From: Clostridia bacterium
GTDB lineage: Bacteria > Bacillota > Clostridia > Christensenellales > UBA1242
DNA: 64,000 nucleotides
Assembly (NCBI GenBank): GCA_017501645.1
Contig: JAFVWN010000037.1
Span: 2,400 to 66,399 of the forward strand
Reading direction: 5' to 3'
In this document: positions 28,212-37,602 of the stretch, one piece after another
Layout: each line of letters starts with the position of its first letter
Numbering within the stretch: the first letter of the stretch is position 1
Made by a program: the position numbers and the translations under genes
Notes under the pieces: model-generated
Databases searched by the model: none
What the model saw: only the letters and a program-made list of their open reading frames with translations
What the model was told of the DNA's origin: nothing

Positions 28212-28313
28212 CCCCTAATTTATGTTTTTTTTGGCAAAAAAAGACAGATATTTTTAATACCTGCCTTATCAACAATATATTTTATGAAAAAATTTGTTAT
28301 TTTGTACTTTTTT

Positions 28314-29891
28314 CTACATAAATGGAGAAATAATGTTAAATAACCCAGCTAATGACCTATAGGCAACCTTGTTCCTTTTTTTGTCTTTTTCTTCAATTTT
28401 TTTACTGTATTTGAAAGCAAAATCAAAGTCTTTTTGAACAGCTGAAACTGTTGATTTTTCATTTGTCAAAACTGCACTTTCAAATTGTTGATTAAAACTT
28501 CTTAAATCCATATTAATTGAACCAACAATCGCCATACTTTCAGTCACTACAACTTTGCTATGAACAAAACTATTATCCATTGTGTAAACCTTTACACCAG
28601 AATCCATAATTTTCTCTGCGTTGTTTCTAGTCACAATGTACACAAACTTCTTATCAGCAATTGACGGAAGCACTAGTCTTACATCAACACCCGCTTTTGC
28701 CTTATTGACAATAGCGTTAAGAATTGTTTCGTCTGGAATAAAATATGGGGTCATTATATACAACTTTTCTTTTGCACTGCTTATCAATTCAAGGTATGAA
28801 TTTTGAGCTATTGAATAAGCGTAGTTTGGACCACTTACAAAAGGAACAACTATCCCTTGAGACTTATTTTCTTGTGCTTTATTAATATATTTTGAACAAT
28901 CCACCTGATTTCCTGTCAAAAACTCCCATTGTGATAAAAATGCTATCGTTAAATTATCTGTTGCCTTCCCTTCAATTTTTATCCCCTCGTCTTTCCAGTA
29001 TCCGTGCATACGCTTCTCATTAATATATTCATCTGCCAAATTCGCACCACCAGTGTAAGAAACTTTGCCGTCTATTACAACAATTTTTCTGTGGTCTCTT
29101 AAATTAAGTGCTATGTTAAAAATTGGGACTAACCTGTTGAACGATTGAAGTTTTATGCCATTTTTTAAAATAAAATTTTTTGTTTTTCTTTTAAGTGTTC
29201 TATGACTTCCCATATCATCATAGATTATCCTAACATCAACCCCTTCATTTGCTTTTTGAGTTAAAACATCTAGTATTCTGGTCAACAAAACACCATTTGA
29301 AATAATAAAAAATTCTAAAAATATAAACTCTTTCGCCTTTTTCATCTCTTCAATAATGTCATCAAAAAAACTTGCACCGCTTGAAAAATAAGTTGTTTTA
29401 GAGTTGTTGTATGTTACAAATTTTCCGGCATTATATAAATAATTTGAAAGGTTTTTTATATCGCCTGCAATTTTTATCTCTTGAACTTTCAAAGTATCAT
29501 TTTTATTTATATATTTATTGATTTTTTTCTTAGATTTGGCAAACATTATTTTTTTACCAGACAGAAAATACATTATGTATCCAAAACCAAAGCTAATAAG
29601 CAAAAAGAACACCCAAGTTGCTTTTGCTTGCCCGTGATAGTCTGTGGACAAAACATGAATACAAGCTATCAAACTCAAAAAAACAGAAATCAATAAATAA
29701 GTTTGAAAGGCAAGAGCCAAATATAAATATGAGACCACCAAAAATGCAAGTTGAAGAGCAATAAGCAACATTACTATTATTGTTTTAAGAACCCCAAGAC
29801 CATTGGACTCCGTCTTGATTTTTAAAGCATATATGTGGTCACTCTGCTTTATTCTCCCCCTTAAATTAATGCTATTTTTCATTTCTTTCAC
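28314..29891 (-). CDS. cls: cardiolipin synthase (PLD family)
   Basis: 525 aa with N-terminal TM segments and two HKD motifs (HRKIVVIDG... and VHSKVVVTE...). Confidence 0.9.
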   Translation of the reverse strand: MKEMKNSINLRGRIKQSDHIYALKIKTESNGLGVLKTIIVMLLIALQLAFLVVSYLYLALAFQTYLLISVFLSLIACIHVLSTDYHGQAKATWVFFLLISFGFGYIMYFLSGKKIMFAKSKKKINKYINKNDTLKVQEIKIAGDIKNLSNYLYNAGKFVTYNNSKTTYFSSGASFFDDIIEEMKKAKEFIFLEFFIISNGVLLTRILDVLTQKANEGVDVRIIYDDMGSHRTLKRKTKNFILKNGIKLQSFNRLVPIFNIALNLRDHRKIVVIDGKVSYTGGANLADEYINEKRMHGYWKDEGIKIEGKATDNLTIAFLSQWEFLTGNQVDCSKYINKAQENKSQGIVVPFVSGPNYAYSIAQNSYLELISSAKEKLYIMTPYFIPDETILNAIVNKAKAGVDVRLVLPSIADKKFVYIVTRNNAEKIMDSGVKVYTMDNSFVHSKVVVTESMAIVGSINMDLRSFNQQFESAVLTNEKSTVSAVQKDFDFAFKYSKKIEEKDKKRNKVAYRSLAGLFNIISPFM

Positions 29892-30411
29892 CTGTTATCT
29901 TTTCGACTTTTTCTAAGATATTTGTAATTTCGTCATTCAGTCTTTTTATTTCTGTTTTACTCTTTTTTAATTCATAATTGTAAATTTTTGGCAAAAATAC
30001 AACTTCTATTACAATTAAAGAAACAAAAATGATAGCCAGCACAATTTGTACCCACAAAGGAACAGCCAAGTCTTTTGTTATATTTAGAACCGTAAACAAT
30101 AAGCACAAAACAATTGCAAACCCCAAACTTAGACCTAAAACTGTTGACTTTCGGGTTTTGTGTTTTTCGTATTTTGCAACCTCATTAACCCTCTCTTCCA
30201 TATGCACTTGAAGAAGTTGCAACTCGTCTTTACTTTTTATCTTATGAGGCCTAAAAAATGTTATGTCAACAATATCTTCATATCTTGTATTGTCTTCAAC
30301 TTTTTCTACTTTCCAACCAAAAGAACTATAGTGCCCCTTTATTTCTTCAACCTTGTCTTTTTTTGCAAATATTATTTGTTTGTCATACTCAAAGTAATCT
30401 TTTTCTTCCAT
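29872..30411 (-). CDS. membrane protein, unknown function
   Basis: 179 aa with two central TM segments. It overlaps the cls start by 20 nt, which suggests co-transcription. Confidence 0.5.
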   Translation of the reverse strand: MEEKDYFEYDKQIIFAKKDKVEEIKGHYSSFGWKVEKVEDNTRYEDIVDITFFRPHKIKSKDELQLLQVHMEERVNEVAKYEKHKTRKSTVLGLSLGFAIVLCLLFTVLNITKDLAVPLWVQIVLAIIFVSLIVIEVVFLPKIYNYELKKSKTEIKRLNDEITNILEKVEKITGERNEK

Positions 30412-30568
30412 AATAGTTCCGCCATTATTTTAATTATTAATAAGATAATAATTATAAATATAAATGTCAATAATTAAAGGCTTGTTTTTTGTAAAAATTT
30501 TGTAAGTTTTTAAAAGTCTTGAATTATTTGACAAGTTGTGTTATCCTTTTTTTATAAGGAATTAAACT

Positions 30569-31270
30569 ATGACAGATTTATATAGCAAAGTTCAAGAATA
30601 CTTTACAAAAAATTTAGGTTATGACATCAAAAGTTGTTCACTTGAACCATCAAGAGGTGTCTATCCTCTTTATAGAGTTGTTGTTGATGATGACGATTAT
30701 GCAATGGTTAAAGTCGTTGACTTTACTGAAACCACTTGCACTTTTACACAGCACTCAAAAGCTTCAATTCACAACACTGCAGACCTTACTTTTGACTGGC
30801 AATTGTTCAATATTGAAAAAGCCGCAGATACACAAGAAAGAATCCTCATCACAACTGAATTTTTGAAATATTGCGATACTCTTTTAAGTGAAAGGGCTAG
30901 CGATTTCATAGAATATCTTCCATCTCTTTATGAATTTGAAACTTCTTTAAATGAAATGCAAGAAATTTGTGACCATATTTTAAGACTTCAAAACATTTTG
31001 TTGGAAGACAGAGTGTCTCTTATCAAAAACCATAAAGACGAAGTTGACCTCGAAACAGACATAAGGTCAATGACCATTGGTTTCACTAAAACACTAAAAA
31101 ATGCTATTGAGAATGTGGAAAATGCATCATCTGTTTTAATAACCCCAGAAGAACAAGAAGAGGTTGCCGAAGAACTAAAGGAACTTCACGGAAAACTAGA
31201 GTTTTCGGGAAACTATCAAATATATAAAATGGATTTAGCTCTTGGATATATTGGAGGAAAAGAGCAATAA
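30569..31270 (+). CDS. hypothetical acidic cytoplasmic protein
   Basis: 233 aa ORF with a hairpin terminator downstream (about 31268-31295). No motif recognised. Confidence 0.5.
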   Translation: MTDLYSKVQEYFTKNLGYDIKSCSLEPSRGVYPLYRVVVDDDDYAMVKVVDFTETTCTFTQHSKASIHNTADLTFDWQLFNIEKAADTQERILITTEFLKYCDTLLSERASDFIEYLPSLYEFETSLNEMQEICDHILRLQNILLEDRVSLIKNHKDEVDLETDIRSMTIGFTKTLKNAIENVENASSVLITPEEQEEVAEELKELHGKLEFSGNYQIYKMDLALGYIGGKEQ

Positions 31271-31365
31271 GACTTACTTTTGTAGGTCTTTTTTTAACAC
31301 TAAAAATCTCCTTTGCATAATATGTAATAGGTGGCAACAGCCATCAATAAATCAAAGGAGGAAAT

Positions 31366-32193
31366 ATGGCAACAACTATAACAAATCAGTCTCAAACAAC
31401 CTATCAATTTTCAGGTTCTGGAGACATTTTAACTACTGATTCAAATGTCAATGAAATTACGCTTGAAGACACTCAAAACTTAGTTATAACAAAAACTGCA
31501 AACCCAACAACTTTTGTTGCTGGAAGCATTATTACCTACTCCGTAACTATCACAAACTCAAGTTCTAGTTTCTTAACAGGTGTGAGAATTATTGACGATT
31601 TAGCAAATGGCAACTTAGCATATGTTGTTGGTAGTGCAAATCTAACCGCAAGCGGAACATCTTATCCTGTAACACCTGTAGCGACTTCGCCTTTAACTTT
31701 TGCTCTTCAAGAGTTAAATGTTAACCAAACTATGACTCTAACTTACAGGGCTCAAGTAATTTTCAACTTACCACCTAGTGTAAATGAAATCACAAACTCT
31801 GTTCGAGGCATAGGGTTCACAAGTACTGGAACAATCAACGGTTTTGACCTTGAAACCATTTCAAGAACCGGCACTCCCGGAAACTTCACTGCGACAAAAA
31901 CAGCAAGTGACTCAACAGTTTACCCAAATCAAATAATGAGCTATACTATAAGTCTTGCAAATAACAGCTCTACTTCTGCAACGGCTATTGAAACTGTAGA
32001 CCAATTGCCCAGTAACTTCGAGGTAACATCTGTAAGTTTAAAAATAGGAAACGGACCAACAATTCCACTTTCTTCAACAGACTACATACTTGACGCTTCA
32101 AACACTCTAAGAATACCATCTGCGAGCGGTCCAGTAGTTTCTGTCCCAAGCGGAGAGACTTCACTAATTACCATAACTGGTTATTTTAATTAA
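31366..32193 (+). CDS. DUF11-type conserved-repeat protein (two repeats)
   Basis: Two copies of the pattern TKTA(N/S)...V.PG/N..I.Y(S/T)(V/I)(T/S)(I/L).N.S. RBS is AAGGAGG. Confidence 0.55.
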   Translation: MATTITNQSQTTYQFSGSGDILTTDSNVNEITLEDTQNLVITKTANPTTFVAGSIITYSVTITNSSSSFLTGVRIIDDLANGNLAYVVGSANLTASGTSYPVTPVATSPLTFALQELNVNQTMTLTYRAQVIFNLPPSVNEITNSVRGIGFTSTGTINGFDLETISRTGTPGNFTATKTASDSTVYPNQIMSYTISLANNSSTSATAIETVDQLPSNFEVTSVSLKIGNGPTIPLSSTDYILDASNTLRIPSASGPVVSVPSGETSLITITGYFN

Positions 32194-32199
32194 AAATAT

Positions 32200-32225
32200 C
32201 GCCTAGGATTATCCTAGGCGTTTTT
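32200..32225 (+). terminator. rho-independent terminator
   Basis: CGCCTAGGA-TTA-TCCTAGGCG perfect 9-bp stem followed by T5. Confidence 0.75.
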
Positions 32226-32334
32226 CTTTTATCTATAGCCCTTTTTCTCGTTTTGCACATTTTTACACAAACATAAAGCAAAAAAACCTCAAAAAGTGCA
32301 ATTTGAGGCTTTTTATGTGTAATTTTTATTGTTT

Positions 32335-33648
32335 TTATTCAAAATCTTCAGCTTTTTTCATCTTTCCGCAAGTAAGTCTACCTTCAGGACATCTTCCGTC
32401 AACAACACAGCTTGGACCAAAGAACTCAAAAATATCTTTGTGTTTTTTCTTTAATAGTTTAAGCATCGCAATTGCAATTTCTCTAATCTCCCATTGAGCC
32501 CTATCACAAGTTCTAAGTTTAAAGAACCACATAAGTTCTCTTGCATTCATTGTTGTCATAACATCTATTGTTCTTCCACTTGCATAGAGATATGAAAGTG
32601 TAGGTGCTCCAAGATGCTGTAATTTTTCAATAACTTTTGAAGTGTTATTAACAGCATTCTTATAAAGTGTTTCACACTCTGCATTTGCCTTTATTGTAGG
32701 CGCAATTTTAAATTTATTTTGATTAATAATAGTATCAAGATTAGGGATGATGTGTGAATGCATTCTGTGTCTTGTAAAGTGTGTTAAACTTGCAAGTGTT
32801 ATATTTTTAATTTTAAAGGTAAAATTGATTTGCTCTAAAACCCTCGAATATTTTCCATCAGTTATAAGTGTTTTTAAGTCAAATTTATCAAGCCCCTCAA
32901 ATTCTAACGCCTCTCTAATTACTCTTTCAATATCGTTAGTTTCTGTTATAAGCTCTACTTCACTTTCCACAAAAGACACAGGTTTCAAATCAATAGATGT
33001 GTCCTTTTCTTCATATTTTTCATACTTAAACCTTTCTTTTTCTACAATATTTGGATAAATCTCTTCGAACTGATTTTTCAACTCTGTACCAAGGTCCACA
33101 AGCTCTTTGTATCTTCTTCCCCTACCGTAAATCATTGTGCAAATAATATGCAAAAGTTCTCTTGCATTGCACGAACAAATGATATTACTCTTAAAATTAT
33201 AAGGCAACAAGAAACGGGCATCTTCTTTAATAATCCCTTTTGCAATAAGTTCTCTATATGCATCAAACAAATCAGTGGTTGCTTTTTCAAATTCTTTTTT
33301 GTCATCTGGATTTTCAATTTCTGGCATATAGTAACCTGCATCACTAAAATCAACATATCTTCTTGACTTAATTGTAAAAGAAGTGAGCCTAAACTCAATT
33401 AAAAATTGTTCAACAATGACCGAAACATCATTGAACGCAATATTGAAATTGTGATGTTCAATTATTGTTTTATGCCCAGAATTAAGCACCTTTGAAATAA
33501 GATTAACATTTGCCTCATCACTTTCTTGAGACTTGTTAAAAACACTAAAAGCAGTCCCCTCTGTTGTTGAAATTCTAGCAGCTGCCGAGCAAACTCTAAC
33601 TCCATTTTCTGTTTGCCCAATAATTTTTGCACAAGACTTGTTATCCAT
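32335..33648 (-). CDS. thyX: FAD-dependent thymidylate synthase, fused two-domain (pseudo-dimeric) ThyX
   Basis: 437 aa. The N-half has ...SGHKTIIEHHNFNIAF...TIKSRRYV. The C-half has THFTRHRMHS and ...RTCDRAQWEIREIA. A C-terminal Cys cluster CVVDGRCPEGRLTCG is present. Confidence 0.75.
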   Translation of the reverse strand: MDNKSCAKIIGQTENGVRVCSAAARISTTEGTAFSVFNKSQESDEANVNLISKVLNSGHKTIIEHHNFNIAFNDVSVIVEQFLIEFRLTSFTIKSRRYVDFSDAGYYMPEIENPDDKKEFEKATTDLFDAYRELIAKGIIKEDARFLLPYNFKSNIICSCNARELLHIICTMIYGRGRRYKELVDLGTELKNQFEEIYPNIVEKERFKYEKYEEKDTSIDLKPVSFVESEVELITETNDIERVIREALEFEGLDKFDLKTLITDGKYSRVLEQINFTFKIKNITLASLTHFTRHRMHSHIIPNLDTIINQNKFKIAPTIKANAECETLYKNAVNNTSKVIEKLQHLGAPTLSYLYASGRTIDVMTTMNARELMWFFKLRTCDRAQWEIREIAIAMLKLLKKKHKDIFEFFGPSCVVDGRCPEGRLTCGKMKKAEDFE

Positions 33649-34004
33649 CTTTTGTAATCCCCCTTAAAGACAAACATACCACACCCACAAAAATTTGTAA
33701 AACAAAAACCGCCCAAATAAAAATCTTGTCAATCTTCGTGCAACCCAACCAAATTTCAACTTTTTTTAATCTACTAAAATATTTTAACTTTCCCTCTTTT
33801 TGTTTAGTCAATCTCCATCCTTTTGACAATTCATACGCCTGTCTCCTTTTTGATACAACTTGCGTGTTATAATGTAAATGAAAATAAATAATGTTTTTAT
33901 TTTAAAAATTAATAAATCTTAATACACTTTTTAACAATTAAAAAAACACCAGTCAATGAAGAATCCATATTTTAGGAAACCTCATAAACTGGTGGTTATT
34001 TTTT

Positions 34005-34051
34005 ATTGGTGTAACCGAGATGATTCGAACATCCGACCTGCCGCTTAGGAG
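34005..34051 (-). repeat. att-type direct repeat (orphan copy of the tRNA-Arg 3' 45 nt)
   Basis: ATTGGTGTAACCGAGATGATTCGAACATCCGACCTGCCGCTTAGGAG is identical to 45092-45138. Confidence 0.9.
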
Positions 34052-34325
34052 CAATAGAAAATCATTAAGTTAACTTTTCTATCACTCATTTTATCAATTA
34101 TCATTAAAATTATAGTCAATTTAGTCCAAAATCTCAACCAAATTGACTATCTTTTCTAACTTTTAATAAAACCCACCCCCAAATCGCGGTGACGATTTGG
34201 TGAACTTTTGACCAATTTCACCATTTGGGTGCAGTTTGATAAAATTAACTAATTTTAACAATCTTTGCTACTACTATTCAATTTTACAATTTTTATGTTA
34301 TAATGTAAACAACAAAGGAGAAATT

Positions 34326-35060
34326 ATGTTTACACTATACCACTCACTTATTTCTAACATTAAAACTTGGGTTTTCAAAAAAAGAATTAAAAATTTCAGA
34401 AAGACTAAAAATGATAAACTTATAATAGAGAAAAATTTTGATACACTGGGTATTACAACTTTGGCCTCTTTGGCATGGTTGGGAATAATACTGGGATGTT
34501 TACTATTAATTAGTATTGCTTTGTTTTTTGTTGCATTGTTGATTTCTTGGTTTATTGAATCTCCAAGCAATACAGGAGGAATAATTACGTTAATTGTTGG
34601 GGCTCTTAGTATGATTGGTGTGATTTACAATACCAATAAAAAACGTCGAGATGAAGAAAAAGATCGTTATGATAATTCCCTTTATATAATAATGCAATAC
34701 CTTATTGAATTAAAAAGAGGAAATTATGCGTATAAGATTTTCAAAGATGATCTCAGTTATATTTTTATGAATGTACCTAATAATGTTTTATTTATTTTGC
34801 GTGATATTCAAGATAATATAAAAAGCATGAAACAAAAAGAAAGTAACGACAATGTCAGATATAATGAAGTAATCAACAAAGAAATTTTATTTTTGATTAT
34901 TTACATAAGAGAGTTTTATCACATCGCTAATGCTGAATTAAAAAATGATTTAGAGCACGAAACAATCATTGAAGATATTATACACAATAGTAGTTCTACA
35001 AAACCAACAAAGAGGAAGAAAGAAGAAGTATTAAATAACAAAAACTCATCTACCAAATAA
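34326..35060 (+). CDS. membrane protein, unknown function (island cargo)
   Basis: Start set at MFTLYH after the AAGGAG RBS and an extended -10 TGTTATAAT. It has two or three TM segments, then a charged helical C-terminal region. Confidence 0.5.
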   Translation: MFTLYHSLISNIKTWVFKKRIKNFRKTKNDKLIIEKNFDTLGITTLASLAWLGIILGCLLLISIALFFVALLISWFIESPSNTGGIITLIVGALSMIGVIYNTNKKRRDEEKDRYDNSLYIIMQYLIELKRGNYAYKIFKDDLSYIFMNVPNNVLFILRDIQDNIKSMKQKESNDNVRYNEVINKEILFLIIYIREFYHIANAELKNDLEHETIIEDIIHNSSSTKPTKRKKEEVLNNKNSSTK

Positions 35061-35285
35061 TTCTTTACAAACTTTGTAGGTAATCTCAATAACATGGTCA
35101 ATTTCAAGGTTATGAAGTTGACCTTTTTCTATGTCTAAATTAAAATATTCTTTCCATTTTTCTTTTGAAAATCCTTTAACAAAAGCATCTTCAAGTTCAC
35201 AAATTTTATTTAATTGCAATTGCATTTCTGCTGACATTTTTTCACTTTCGAGAATATCTCTGACTAGTTGTAAAACGTGGTTCAA
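35046..35285 (-). CDS. hypothetical small protein
   Basis: 79 aa ORF. It overlaps the upstream ORF by 44 nt and the convergent gene by 15 nt. Confidence 0.35.
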   Translation of the reverse strand: MNHVLQLVRDILESEKMSAEMQLQLNKICELEDAFVKGFSKEKWKEYFNLDIEKGQLHNLEIDHVIEITYKVCKELFGR

Positions 35286-35607
35286 CTTTCACACCTCCAT
35301 TAGATTTTATTGAACAATACTTAGGATAATTTTCACCATCACTATAAACGAGTATCATTACATCACATTGAATACAGCAATACATAAGCACATGAAAAAC
35401 ACCATTTTCATCAATAAACATGTCTTCTTGATACTTGGCAATATTTGGCTCATCTTCTAACAACCTTTCACGAAAAGGTATAAACTCTCGCTTTGAAAGA
35501 TAAACAACTCGCTCAACCACATACTCAGCCTCAAAACCCTCGCCTGTATCAATCCTATTTCTGAGCAATCTCGCATTAGAAATATTACATATAAACCTAG
35601 TTTTCAT
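35242..35607 (-). CDS. hypothetical protein (mobile-element-type cargo)
   Basis: 121 aa ORF. The C-terminal tail may be out of frame relative to 35046..35285. Confidence 0.4.
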   Translation of the reverse strand: MKTRFICNISNARLLRNRIDTGEGFEAEYVVERVVYLSKREFIPFRERLLEDEPNIAKYQEDMFIDENGVFHVLMYCCIQCDVMILVYSDGENYPKYCSIKSNGGVKVEPRFTTSQRYSRK

Positions 35608-35988
35608 ATCTACCTCAACTTAAATACATCTTTGCATATCTTGTGAGTATGATTGATATATTCTTCTGTTTGCTTTTTAATCATATCTTCGACTTCTACC
35701 CAAAACTCTAAAAACTTAACACATTACCCATCAGTTAAATCAAAAAACAAATTTTATCTTCTTAACAATAACTTTTTCTCTTTGAGTTTTAAGTTTTTCA
35801 GAACACACAAAAGACTTATTTACTAAATTAATTAGTTGTCTCATAAACACCTCCTTATAGGTGTTTGTCTTTTACCGTACTTTCAATTCTTTTGCAAGTC
35901 ATTTCTAGAAAATTTGTTAAATAAGTTGCTTTTTTATTATTAATTAGGTAAACTAGTTAAGTAACTAATTTACTAAGGAGGCACCTAA

Positions 35989-36324
35989 ATGGCTAAAACG
36001 TTTGGCGATAAATTACGAACCTTGCGAATTAATAACAATTTTGGTTTCAACGAATTTTGGAAAACCGCCAAAATTTCAAAAGTATATTTAAGCGCAATTG
36101 AAAATGGATCTCAAATACCTCCACCTCCAGAACGACAATCAAAGTTTTTGGAAATAATTGAAACAAAAGGAAAAATATCTGAAAAAGATAGAAATGAATA
36201 TTATGATTTAGCAGCTCGAGAAAGAAAAGAATTTCCAGCAGATGTTTTAACTTACTATTCTAAAAATGAAAAAATAATTATTGAAATTAGAAAATTGATA
36301 AGGGAGAAAAAAAATGAAAAATAA
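35989..36324 (+). CDS. XRE-family HTH protein (controller/C-protein-like)
   Basis: 111 aa with the HTH segment FGFNEFWKTAKISKVYLSAIENG and RBS AAGGAGG. It overlaps the dcm start by 11 nt. Confidence 0.7.
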   Translation: MAKTFGDKLRTLRINNNFGFNEFWKTAKISKVYLSAIENGSQIPPPPERQSKFLEIIETKGKISEKDRNEYYDLAARERKEFPADVLTYYSKNEKIIIEIRKLIREKKNEK

Positions 36325-37600
36325 TAAAAGTTTTACATTCGTCGATTTGTTTGCTGGGATTGGCGGTTTTCATCAGGCTTTAGAATCATTAGGTGGCACA
36401 TGTGTAATGGCGTCAGAGATAGATTTGGATTGCAAAGAAGTCTACAAAAACAATTTTTCTAAAACTCCACAAATTGGTGATATTAATAAGTATTGGAAAG
36501 AATTGCCTAAATTTGATATGCTTTGCGGAGGATTCCCTTGCCAACCTTTTAGTAAGGCTGGAAAACAAAAGGGATTTGATGATGAGGATCGAGGGAACCT
36601 GTTCTATAAAATAATTGAAATTTTGCAAAATCATCCAGAATGTAAATTCCTTTTATTAGAAAATGTTAGTAATCTTACAACAGGAAAAACAAAAGAATGG
36701 TGGAATAAAATTCAAGAAGAATTACAAAAACTTAATTTTTATGTAACAGATGAGCCAATAGTTTTATCTCCATGTCAATTTGGAATTCCCCAAATTAGAG
36801 AAAGAGTTTATATAATGGGCATTAGAACAGATATAAAAGATGACACAAAATTAAAAAATCATTATATTCATAAGGAAGACTTAGGTGTTGATAAGTTAAA
36901 AAGGCCAATAGATTGCTTAAAAATAGGCGATGCTTGGAAAGTATTAGAGTCCAACCAAGAAATAGATGAAAAATACTATTTAAGTGAGGAACAAACTAAA
37001 ATTCTTGATATTTGGGATGAATTTAGAGCTGGGACAAACTATAAAACCATAGGTGTTCCAATTTGGCTAGAATATTTCGGTTTTAATAAAGATGAGGACA
37101 CTTTTAGAAATACTCCAGATTATCAAAAAGTTCTTTATCGAGATTTACCAGATTGGAAAAAACGATTTGTGGATAAAAATAGACAATTCTATTTAGATAA
37201 TAAAAAATTTATTGATTATTGGATCAATAAATATGATATGTTGTCAAAAAATTCGATATATAAAAAATTTGAATGGAATTGTGGAACTGATTGCAAATAT
37301 TTAAAAGAGACAATAATACAGTTTAGGCATTCAGGAATAAGAGCCAAAAGACCGACATACTTCCCTACATTAGTAGCAATAAACAATACTCCTATAATTT
37401 GGGATGAAAATAAAAAAAGATACAGAAAGATAACTCCACGAGAAGCTGCAAATCTTCAAAGTTTTAGAAAATCGTTTATATTTGGGCAATCAGACGAAAA
37501 AACATACAAACAATTAGGAAATGCTGTAAATGTAAAAATTATCAAAAAATTAGCACAAAAACTAATTTGGTTTGCAAAAGACAATTGGGAGGATATGTAA
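36314..37600 (+). CDS. dcm: DNA (cytosine-5)-methyltransferase
   Basis: Motif I FVDLFAGIGGF, motif IV GGFPCQPFS, motif VI LLENV, motif IX RKITPREAANLQSF and motif X QLGNAVNV. Confidence 0.92.
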   Translation: MKNNKSFTFVDLFAGIGGFHQALESLGGTCVMASEIDLDCKEVYKNNFSKTPQIGDINKYWKELPKFDMLCGGFPCQPFSKAGKQKGFDDEDRGNLFYKIIEILQNHPECKFLLLENVSNLTTGKTKEWWNKIQEELQKLNFYVTDEPIVLSPCQFGIPQIRERVYIMGIRTDIKDDTKLKNHYIHKEDLGVDKLKRPIDCLKIGDAWKVLESNQEIDEKYYLSEEQTKILDIWDEFRAGTNYKTIGVPIWLEYFGFNKDEDTFRNTPDYQKVLYRDLPDWKKRFVDKNRQFYLDNKKFIDYWINKYDMLSKNSIYKKFEWNCGTDCKYLKETIIQFRHSGIRAKRPTYFPTLVAINNTPIIWDENKKRYRKITPREAANLQSFRKSFIFGQSDEKTYKQLGNAVNVKIIKKLAQKLIWFAKDNWEDM

Positions 37601-37602
37601 TA

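Noticed and set aside
28124-28313. M-box (Mg2+) riboswitch upstream of mgtE
   Set aside because: The leader after the candidate promoter is only about 55 nt. I could not find the conserved M-box helices or a terminator/antiterminator pair. An Infernal scan would settle it.
31104-31439. ORFs 31104..31337 (-) and 31242..31439 (+) between the hypothetical gene and the DUF11 gene
   Set aside because: They overlap the ends of better-supported genes and a terminator hairpin, and neither has an RBS.
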